DNA of 64,000 bases from Myxococcales bacterium. GTDB taxonomy: Bacteria; Myxococcota_A; Polyangia; Polyangiales; Polyangiaceae. Of this stretch, positions 28,148-38,500 are shown one piece after another. The position numbers and the translations under genes are program-made. Each line of letters begins with the position of its first letter. The stretch's first letter is position 1. Location of the stretch: assembly GCA_043747615.1 (NCBI GenBank), contig JAYTOU010000076.1, forward strand, positions 16,737 to 80,736, read 5' to 3'. The notes beneath the pieces were generated by a model. The model saw nothing but the letters and a program-made list of their open reading frames with translations. It did no database searches and had not been told where the DNA came from.

Positions 28148-28912
28148 TCACTGCGATTTTAGATTTAGGCCGAAGCTCGAGTCGGCTTTGATGCTCGCGG
28201 CGGAGGCTGCGCTTCCCGCGTTGCGCGTCTTGCTCATTGCCGTCACGTCCGAGAACCCGGTGATCTTGATCGGGCTTCCTGTGAGCGACAGCGAGTCGGC
28301 AGCAAAATCCGCGGGGAGCGAGAGATTGATGTCTCCGAGACTGGCGACGACCGAGATCGTCGAGCCCTTGGTCGGTGCGACGGACACGGTGGGATCGTTG
28401 CCCGTGATGTCTGCACCGCCGACGAGGCCGGTCGCGCTGATCGCTCCATTTTCGGCGTGGGCCGTCACTTTCACCGCGGCCGCCGCGCTCCCCGAAGGGA
28501 CCTTCACGGTGAAGCCATCGCAACCCGTCGTGCTGGTTCCCGACGTGCCGACCTTCGACGAGGCCTGCGCGCATTTCACGGTGATGGTGCTCGCGCTTTC
28601 GTCGATGGTGATCGACTGCGCTACCTGACCGATGGTGGCCATGGCGTCGGCCTCGTGGCTGCTGTCATCCGCCCATGACACGGGCGTGGCGGTCACCGTG
28701 ATCTTGGTGAGCGACGGATCCCCCACGACGGTCACGTCTCCGTTGGCGTTGTTGATGACGATCGCCTGGTTCGTCCAGTCTGCCGCCGCGGTCTTGATGA
28801 CGGACGTGCCCTGGAATTTTTTCTGCGGCTTGAAGGTGATCGAGTTTGGCGTCGTAGAGATACTGCAGGCCGCAAGGACAAATGAAGAAAGCAAAATGAA
28901 CGACGTTCGCAT
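28148..28912 (-). CDS. Lipoprotein, DUF4097/adhesin-like beta-repeat
   Basis: Lipobox VLAAC. INNANGDVTV, AHAENGAISA, VASLGDINLSLP. Confidence 0.65.
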   Translation of the reverse strand: MRTSFILLSSFVLAACSISTTPNSITFKPQKKFQGTSVIKTAAADWTNQAIVINNANGDVTVVGDPSLTKITVTATPVSWADDSSHEADAMATIGQVAQSITIDESASTITVKCAQASSKVGTSGTSTTGCDGFTVKVPSGSAAAAVKVTAHAENGAISATGLVGGADITGNDPTVSVAPTKGSTISVVASLGDINLSLPADFAADSLSLTGSPIKITGFSDVTAMSKTRNAGSAASAASIKADSSFGLNLKSQ

Positions 28913-28958
28913 GGCACGATCTCCTATTTGCATTGGACGCACGCGTTCACTTTTCGAT

Positions 28959-29564
28959 TCAACGGACCGATGAATGCGCGTTCGCGCTGCAAATGGCCTC
29001 TTCCAGGCGAATGCGCGCATCCGCCGCGGACGGGTCGATGGGCGCCGCGAAGGCGACGACCACCGTACTGAACGGCCGAGGGAGCGCGAATCTGTCCCAC
29101 GCCCGCTGCGCAACCCACCCCCTTCGCACGCAGCTCCCCATCGGCACGAGGAGCGCTCCCGACGCGCGTGCAGCCGCGATCGCCCCTTCTTTCACGATTC
29201 CGTAGGGACCGCGCGGACCATCCACGGCGAATGCCGCATCGGCCCCGTGACGGCGCATCTGACGAATGATTGCAGCGAGTCCTCGCGCTCCGCCACGCGA
29301 GCTCGAGCCGCGCACCACGTCGATCCCTTGGCAGCGGAGCGCCGAAGCTTGCATGGTTCCGTCCGCCGAATGACTTACGAGAGCGACGGTGCGACGACGA
29401 CGACGCCACGCGAGCAGCGAAAATTGTGTGCCGTGAAGGAAGCACAGCACCCAGGGCCTGTCGCCTGGTGCGCCGAGCTGGTCCACTCCGCGAAGTTCGA
29501 CCTTGAGCGTCGCGAGCCAGAGACGCGCGATGAGCCCCAGGAGAATCCCCACGAGCGACCGCAC
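28959..29564 (-). CDS. DUF374 / lysophospholipid acyltransferase-like protein
   Basis: LVSHSADG, VVRGSSSRGG, AVDGPRGP, AWDRFALPRPFS. Confidence 0.85.
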   Translation of the reverse strand: MRSLVGILLGLIARLWLATLKVELRGVDQLGAPGDRPWVLCFLHGTQFSLLAWRRRRRTVALVSHSADGTMQASALRCQGIDVVRGSSSRGGARGLAAIIRQMRRHGADAAFAVDGPRGPYGIVKEGAIAAARASGALLVPMGSCVRRGWVAQRAWDRFALPRPFSTVVVAFAAPIDPSAADARIRLEEAICSANAHSSVR

Positions 29565-29572
29565 CGCCCGAG

Positions 29573-32500
29573 CTAGCCTTTGAGCTCGATCAGCTTCGCT
29601 TTGGCGCGATCGAGGGAGGGCTCGTTTTCAATCGCCCGCTCGAGCATCTGCACCGCTTTCACCTTGTCACCCTGCTTAGCGCTGATTTCGCCGAGGTAGA
29701 AGAACACTTCGCCTTTCGAAATTCCGATGCTCGGATCGAGGCGCTGGAGCAGGAGCGCGCGAAACGTCTTCTGCGCGCGATCGAGATCGTTGGTCTCGAG
29801 GGCAAGTACGCCGAGATCCTTGAGCACGGAGACCGACCCAGGATCAATCTTGAACGCGAGATCGAACTGGGCGAGGGCAACGTCCTTGTCTCCGAGCGAG
29901 GCGAGCGTGCGGCCGAGACGGTGGTGGTAGATCGAGAGTTCCTTCGTGCGCTTGGCGCCGAACGAGGCGATCACTTTCTCCAGAACTTGCGCCGCGTCGC
30001 GCTCCCGATGGGACGCCGTGTACGCGTCGCAAAGTAGGAGTAGCAGCTCGCGATCCTTGGGAACGAGCAAGCTGGCGCGCTCGAGCAGCGGCACGGCCTC
30101 CGCAGGCGACGTCCGGTCATTGAGGTGAATCTCGGCAGCCCGCCGAAGCAGGCGCACGATCTCCGCCACATGAACGGTCGGCGGCTCGAGCGGGGGCATG
30201 GACACTGGACGCATCGAAACGCGGGCGCCTACCACTTGAGCCGGAACAGCGATCGTCACGGGCAGCTCCCCCGCCTCCGGGTGCTCCTTCAGCACGAGGT
30301 CCGCATCGCTGACGAGCAGCGTTGCAAGCTCGGCGTAGTTCTTCGTGCGCTCAAAGAGATCTCGAAGTTGGTCTCGTGCCGCTGCGTTCGTCGGATCGAT
30401 CTCGAGAGCGTGACGAAGGGCGCTCTCAACGCCGGCTCCGTCTCCGGTTCGCGACCGCGCCGACGCGAGACGGAGTGCGAGCGCCACGCCTGCAGGTCCG
30501 CCTTCGACCGCCAGTTTGAGGAGCGTCGCGAGCGCCGTCGCCGCGCGCGCCCAGTCGTCGCGGCTCTCGGCAAGGCGGGCTACAGCCTCGAGAGCGCCAA
30601 CGTGATTGGGCTCACGCTCGAGCACGGACTCGTAAGTCGCGAGCGCGCGCGGTGTGGTCTTGAGCCGGTTTTCGAAGACATCGCCCAGGCGCACTTGAAG
30701 GGTGAGCTCGCTCGATGCATCGCCGCGCTCACGGGCGCGCTCGATCTGAGAGCTCAGCAGCTCCGCAAGATCTTCGTCGTGACCGCCCTTCTCGAGCAGC
30801 TGGGACAGCGCGGCAACCGCGCCCGCGTGCGTGGGATCCTCGTCCAGAATCGCTCGCAGCGTGATGACCGCATCGCTCGGCGAATCGAGGGAATCCTGGA
30901 GCTTTGCGAGATCGACTCGTATCTCGGCGCGGGCGGCTGGGGTGCTCGCGTTATCGATCAACACCTCGAGGAGCTTGGCCAGGTCGTGGCTGCGGCCCTC
31001 TTGTTCGTAGAGCTGTCGCAGACGCGCAGAAGCAACGGCGTCCGATCGGTCTCCTTCGAAGAGCTCTTGGTACAAAGTGACGGCGCGCGGGAGGTCGGCC
31101 AGCTGCTCGGTGACCACCTTCGCTGCTCGGTGTTTCAGCTGGGCGATCTTTTTCTCGTCACTCTCCAGCTCTGCGCGCCGAAGGAGGAGGGTGACCACCT
31201 CGGCGTGATCGCCCGCGAGGTCCCGAAGGCGCGTGAGATCGTCGACGGCCCACGTGTCTGCTTCGTCCTCGCGAAGGAGCTCCCGCAGCACCGACTCGGC
31301 AAGCGCAAGGTCGATCACGGTGACTTCGGCCAGAGTCTTGGCCTCCTTGAGAATCTCTCGCTTCGTCTCGAGGGAGCTCTCGAGCCTGACCCGCGCACGG
31401 AGCGTCATGATCAGCTCACGCTCACGGCCTGGCGCTCGCCGCAGATCTTCCAGCGAACGCAAGATCTCGCCATTTTCCGGGTCGGTCGCGAGCGCCTGCA
31501 CGAACGCGTCTTCGGCGCTCCGTGCATCCTGGAGCTTGTCACGCCGCCACGTGCCAAGGCGGATCCACAGCTCTGCACGGATCCCGCTCGAGTGGTCGAA
31601 GGCTACTCCGAGCGAGGAGGCAAGAACGTCGGCGGCTTCGCGCCAACCGTTGGTGAGCGCTGCAAGACGCTCGATCTCGCCGAGAGCATCCGCGTCCGAT
31701 GGGTCTTCTGTGATCGATGCCTCGAGCACCCGCTGCGCACGCTCCGGGGCGTGAGCTTGCTCTTCGAGGACCCGAGCGAGATCCAGTCGCGCCCGAGCGC
31801 GATCGCGAACTTCCGCTGCGCGTGCGACGCGCCGTTCGTAGAGTGCCGCAAGTTCTTCGCTTTGACCGAGCGCGCGGTACACGCCCTCGAGCGCATCGAA
31901 CGCTTCGTCAAAGAAAGGAGCGTCCTCAAGCAGCTTGTGGAGGGCCGCGCGGCTCGGGCCGTGAGTAGGCACGCGCTCGACGGCGAGGCGGAGCGTGGCG
32001 AGCCCCTGACCTTTCTGCTCGAACTCGTTGATCTGAAGGCTCGCCAGGCGATGATAGAGATCCGCCTGTTGGGCCACGTCGGACTCGACGGCGACACGCC
32101 GCTCGATGACGTCGGCAAGAGCACGCGTGTCTCCGAGCCTGCCCAGGAGGCGATCGAGAGCGGTGAGAACAACCTCGGTGTCCCCGGATTGTTCGCCCGC
32201 GGAAACATACGCCTTCGCCGCGCGCGCGTCGTCTTTCAGCTTCTCCTCGGCGATGCGGCCGAGGCGAACGTAAAGGTCGGTCGTGACAGCCGGGTCGAGG
32301 ATCGCCGCCGCTCTTTCGGCGAGCGCGTCGGCGTAGCGCAGGAACCCTTCGGCACCAACTGACTCTGCGAGACGTTCGATTTCTGCATGGAGCGCGGACG
32401 AGCTGGGCTCCTCGGCGAGCGCTCGGAGGAGCGCGTTTTCGGCGCGTCTTAGGTCCTTGAGCGAGGCCTCGCACACCGTCGCGATTGAGTGAAGCGTTGC

Positions 32501-35500
32501 CGCCCGCTCGGTCGGGTCCGTCTGGGCTCGCAAGCGCATCTCAAGAACCGCAACCAGTTCCTCGAAGCGAGAGGCGGACCGAAGCACCGGCTCGAGGGCG
32601 TCGGCTGCTTCGGCGCGGAGCTCGTCGCGCGCGTCACCTAGCTCTCGAATGGCGGTCGCCGTCTCCTCGTCGTAGCCGCCGTCGAGCACTTCGCGGTAGG
32701 CAACGAGCGCCTGCCGCGGATCCTCGAGCTCCTTCGCGAGAAGCGCGCCAATGCGCTTGCGGAGCGCACGCTTTGCCTCGACGTCGGTGGCGGCGGCGCT
32801 TTCCTGGCGCATATTTTCGAGGAGCTCCGGCCACATCTGCTCCGCGGTGAAGAGAACGTCGAGGCGCTTCATCACCTCGGGATCTCCCGGCTTCACGGCG
32901 AGCGCGTCCGTGAGAAGATGAATGGCCTCGCGCCTGTCGCTGAGCCCGAGTTCATGGCGATTCGCGGCATCCATGAGGAGCTGGTACTTCAGCCCCTGGT
33001 CGTCCTCACCGCACAGTTCGATCCGCCGGCGGTAGAGCTCGACGAGCCGCGCAGCATCGTCCTTCTCCTCGTGGAGGCTGATGAGATTGTCGAGCGTAAA
33101 GGCGCTGGCCGGCTCGATCTCGAGCGCTCGCTCATAGGCCTCGATGGCCCCCGCCGAGTCTTCCAGCATGTCGCGCCGCGCTTCGCCGATCCGCCGCCAC
33201 GTGCTCGCGCGTTCCTCGTCGTTCGCGGTGAGCTCAGCGCGCTTGGCCAGCACGCGCACCAGCGTCGGCCAGTCGGAGAGGAGCGTGGCCAGGGAATCCA
33301 TCTCCTCGAGGGGAACGAGATCCGTCTCGTCGAGCTTGAAGAGGCGATCCCAGGCGTTGAGCGAGCTTCGTGGGTCGTCGCGCTTGGAGTCGTGGAGCCG
33401 CGCGAGGGCGCCGAGGAGCTCGCGCTGTCCGATGCCTTCCGTTTTGACGATCGCGCTCTCGTAAGCGTCGGCGAGATCGTCCCAGCGCTTGCTGACGGCG
33501 CCTAGCCGCTCGAGCTCACCGCGCGTATCGCCGTCGTCCGGGTCTAGCACGAAGCCACTCTTGACCGCATCGAAGGCCTTGTTCGTGTCCTTGCCGCGCT
33601 CTTCCCAGAGGCGCGCGCTCTCCCGCAGGATCGCGACTTTTTCCCCCACGTCGCTAGTGAGGTCGAGGCGCTCCGCGTTGACCGAGACGAGGTGTCGCCA
33701 GTCGTCCGTGCTCTCGTAGATCGGCCGCAGGATCTCGACGATGCGCGCCTTGTGGTCCGGCGCGCGCAGGAGGGCCTCGAGGGCATTTACTGCCGCCGCG
33801 CCCGAGGCGTCCGTCGGCGAAAGATGGACAACGGTCTGGTATTCGTCGATCGCTCCCGACGCGTCGCCGAGCTTGTTTTCAAGGATCTTTCCGAGCTCGA
33901 GCCGGTACTTGGCTTCGTCCTCCGGCAGCGCCGTCTGCTCTGCGCGGCGGCGAGTGAGCTCGGAGAGATCCTGCCAGCGCTCGCGGCGCGCGTAGAGGCG
34001 AGCGAGCGCTTCGAGCGCGTGTGGATCAGTCTCGTCGATTTCGAGAGCGGCGCGGTGAGTCTCGATCGCCGCGTCGTCGTCGTGGATCTCGGCTTCCTCG
34101 AGAAGAGCAATGGTGTGCAGGGTGGCGAGCCGCACCGCGGGATCGTCGCGGTACTCGAGCGCTTGACGGTAGAGCGCTACGCGATCTAACGGGCGGCCCG
34201 ACTCGCGAAGGAGGCGGTCGATGGCCTGGAACGATCCGTCGTCCTCGTCCGGGGCGAAGGCATGCGCGCGGCGATAGAAATGAAGTGCGCGATCGACGTT
34301 CTTCTGCGCCTCGTAGATTTCTCCGGTGCGCTTCGCGAGCTTCGCTGTCGCCGGCTCGTCCGCGGTGATCTTCTCGAGCTCCGCAGCAAAGATCTCGGCC
34401 AGGCGAGCCTCGGCATTTGCCACGCGCGCCAAGCGTTCGAGCTCCGCCCACGTCGGTTCGTCGGTGGAGTCCTCGGCGAGCAGCTTGGCGATCGTCTCGA
34501 GGGCCGCGAGGTAGTTCTCTTCTTGTTCTTCGTGAAGCTTCGCCAGGCGGCGAAGGAGCGTGCGCCGCTCGTCGGGGTCTTCGCTTCCGACCAGGCGCGC
34601 TTCGAGGGTCGCCATGACCCGTCGCCAATCGAGACGAGCGAGGTAGACCCCTTCGAGCATCTCCGCGGCTTGCGAGGCGTGCGCGGGCACCGCCATCAAT
34701 CGCTCGAGCGCCGCGACCGTCGCCGCGTGCTGGGTGTCGAGCTTGAGCGCCGCCTCGAATTCGTCGAACGCGCGCTCCGTGTCGTTCAAGCTCCCTTCGA
34801 GAACCGCCCCGACCTTGTAATGAAGGCCCGCTTTGCGCTCCGCGTTCGTCTCGATGCCGATCTGACGCTCGTAGAGCGTAAGGAGATCCGGCGAGCGTTC
34901 GGTCGAGGTGTAGAGACGTTCGAGAGCCGCGAACGCTTGATCGTCGGGGCCGATTTCTAAAATCTGCTCGTAGACTTCGATGGCGCCCGCGGGGTCTTTC
35001 ATCGTCTCGTCGGAAAGACGCGCATCCTTGAAGAGGATTCGCTTTCGATCTTCATCCCCGCCCGCAGCCTCCGCGCGACGCTTGAGAATATCGTGGAGCG
35101 CGGATGCGTCTCCCGTCTCTTCGTAGAGCGACTCGAGGGACTCGAGCGCGCGGTGGTCGTCAGCCCGAAGCTCGAGCGCCTTCACGTAGTAGGTGCGCGC
35201 TGCGACGAGATCGCTCAAGCGCGTACGGGCGAGAGCGGCGACCTTCAAGGTAACGTCGAGCTGCTGATCGCCATCGGTGATGTCGGGGACCACGGTGCGA
35301 AGGAGCTCGAAGAGCTCGGAGTACTTGTCGGTGACGGAGGCCAAGCCCTCGGTGCGCTCGAGCCATTTCGGAAACTCGGCCTCGGGTGCCGACTCGCGTA
35401 GGGCACGCGCGGCATAGGCAAATGCGCGCGCCGGATCTTTGAGCCCATGCTCCGCCACGTCCACGGCTTGCCCGAAAATTTCGAGCTTCGCGTCGACGGT

Positions 35501-38500
35501 CTCCGCGTACTGCGCCTCGATGTCGAGCACCCGGAGCAGACGGGTGTGCTGACCGTCCGATTCGTAGAGCGGCCGCAGGATCTCTGCCGCATCTCGGCGC
35601 GCTTCGGCGTTGTCGAGCAGCGCTTCCAGCGCGGTGCGACTCGGCACGTGGGCCGGATCAGTGGCGAGCGCCTGCCGGTACGCTTCGATCGCGCCCGGTG
35701 TGTCGTTCAGCCGCACCTGCCGAGCTTGTCCGAGCCGCGCGAGAAGCGTGAGCCGAGTCTCCTGCGTTTCTGCCAACGAGAGGCTCATCTCCATCGTCTC
35801 GACCAGGTCTGCCCAACGATCCGCGATCTCGTAGAGGGTCTCCATCGCCGCGAGCATTTCTCGATTCGGACCAAACTCGTCGAGGAGGGCGCGGTAGGCG
35901 ATAATGGCCTCGGTCACGTCGGAGAGCTTGTCTGCAAGGGTAAGGGCGATCCGTGCCATGACGGAGCGACGATCGGCGTCGTTCTCTGCATGCCGCTCAC
36001 GTGCCCGGAGCACGTCGACGAGGGCGCGCCAGTCACTCGTTCGCTCGTACAGCCGATCGAGAGCCTCTAGCGCTGCTGCGTCGGTGGGGTCGTCCTCGAT
36101 GCGAGCTTTCCAGGCCTCGATCGCGCCGCGCGGATCGCCGAGCGCGTTCTCGGAAAGATCGCCCAGGCGACCGTAGAGCTCGCGCCGGGCATCTCCGTCG
36201 TCCTCGAGCTTCACCTCTACTTTTAGGACCTGAGCGAGCTCCGCGCTCTTCCCAGCCGCAGCGTAGATCCGTTCGAGAGCGCGCGCCGCTGGGAGGGCCA
36301 GCATCGCGTCGTTCGGATCGATTTCGAGCACCTGCCTGTAAACCGCCTCCGCGCGCAGCGGATCGGTGAGGTTCTCTTCGTAAAGCTTGGCCACTTCGCT
36401 CAAGATCTCGGCGCGAGGCTGGGGCGCCTGGGCCACCTTCGCCGACTCCGTCAGGACCCGAGCCGCCTCTTCGTGGGCGCCGAGCTTCTTGCCGAGTTCG
36501 AGGAGGCGCACACGGGCATTCGCGTCGTCGGGCGCGATCGGGACGAGACGCGCAAAGACGTCGAACGCTCCTTCGTTCAAGCGCTCGTCGCGGAACTCCG
36601 CCACTCGGCGCAGGAGCTCGCGCTGCTCCGCCAAATCGGTCGCCGTCTCTAGACGGATCTCGAGCACGCGCACGAGATCTCGAATGGCATCGTGAGCGAC
36701 GTAGACGCCCTCGAGGACCAGCGCCGCGCGCGCGCGCAGGCCCGGCTTTTCGAGGCACTTTTCCGCAAGATCGCGAGCATCTCGGTTCGTCGGCTCCGCC
36801 TGGAGGACTTCTTCCAGATAGGTGAGCGCGCCGGGCGCGTCGTCGAGGCGCGTGAAGTGAAGCGCGCCTAGACGCAGCTTCAGAGCGATCCCTTCGTCGA
36901 GCGTCGCCGTGGCCAAGCGACCCGCGAGGAGCTTCGCCAGGCTCTCCCATTTCTCCAGGGAAGCGTAGAGGCCGTCGAGGGCACGGACGGCCTGCTCGTG
37001 GCCAGGCTCGATAGCCCGGATTCGCTCGTAGTAAAAAATGGCCTTTGGCTTGTCGGAGGTGATCTCCTCGGCGACGAGCGCGACCTGGGTCAAAAGATCG
37101 GTGCGACGCGTGTCGTCCGCGGCCGCAGCCACGGCTTGCTCGTAGAGCGCTTCGAGATCCGCCCAGCGTTCGAGGGTCGTGAGGATCTGCTTTAGACGTG
37201 AGAATGCCCGCTCGTTCGAGGGATCTTTCGCGAGGATCCGCTCCAAATAAGGCTTCGCGCGATCCATCTCGCCGAGCATCTCGTCGTAGAGCGTGGCCGC
37301 ACGCTCTGCGAGATCGAGCTCGACGCGCTCCGGGAGGTTCGTCGGCCCCTCGGGCGGCACCGCGGCGACGATGGCGTCGACGAAGGCCTGCGCCTGATGG
37401 GTGCGGTTCGCAAGCACACCGAGGCGATCCCAGAGATCGAGCTCCATCGGAAACTCCGAGGCGGCGCGATGGACGATGCTGAACGCCATCGCCGGGTGTC
37501 CGAGCTTCTGCTCGTGAACATCGGCAAGGCGCGAGTACAGTGCGATGCGCTCCGACTTCGCGGCGGCCGTGGCGATCATCACCTCGAGCACTTCCGCCTG
37601 GTGGGCGAATTTGTTGGCGGCGCCGTAGATCCCATCGAGCAGCACGGCGGCTCGCGCGCGCGTGTCTCCGACGGCGAGCAGCTCCTCGACTACGTCGATC
37701 GCTCTTCGATCGTTCGGCACCAGCTCGAGTGCGCGCGTGGCCGCAGCGAGCGCGTCGCTCGGACGCTTGAGCGGCCCCATGTACAAGCGTGCCAGCTCGA
37801 TTTCACGGGCAGCGCGCTCCGCTCCTTCGCGTTGATCGCGATCCGTCTCGAGAGCCTCGGCCGCTCCTTGGGAATCACCCGCCGTGTTGAGGAGGCGAGC
37901 GAGAGACCGCAGCGCGCCGCCATGCTGGGGGACGATCTGAAGAATGCGCCTGTAAATGCCGGTGGCCGACTCGGGCGAAGTGAACACGTCTTCTTCGAGC
38001 GTCGCCCACTCGTGGAGGAGCTGGATCTTTTGAGCCGTCTTGGCACGCGTCACTCGGAGCTCGAAGAGCCAGCGCAGATCCTCACGTCGGTCGGCACTCC
38101 GGAGAATGCGATCGAGGGTGAGTACGGTCGTGTCGTCGTCTTCGTTCTCTTCGATGAGCGTCCGGTAGGCTTCGACCGCTTCGTCGACACGGCCGAGCTC
38201 GGTCGCGTACGTCTCGGCGATCTTCGCGCGCAGCACCCGTGTGTCCGGAGCCTTCGACTTCAGGCGCGCCTCGAGGGTGACAACGAACGCGCCCCAATCG
38301 GCGGACGCGCGCGCGGCTTTCTCGAACGACGACAGAGCATCGGTGCGATCGGGCGCGAGCTGGTAGGCGCGGCGGGCGTGGCTGAATGCGGCCGCACGGT
38401 CCTGCAGATTTTGTCCGCACACGTCGATCAGCTTGTGAAGGAGGGCGAGCTTCGCCTCGTCGCTATCGGCGTGGGCGTAGAGCACTTCGTAGAGCGCCGG

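Noticed and set aside
28912..28932. TGGCACG...TTGCA resembling a sigma54 promoter
   Set aside because: The GG-to-GC spacing is longer than the required 10 nt, and it points away from any plus-strand gene.
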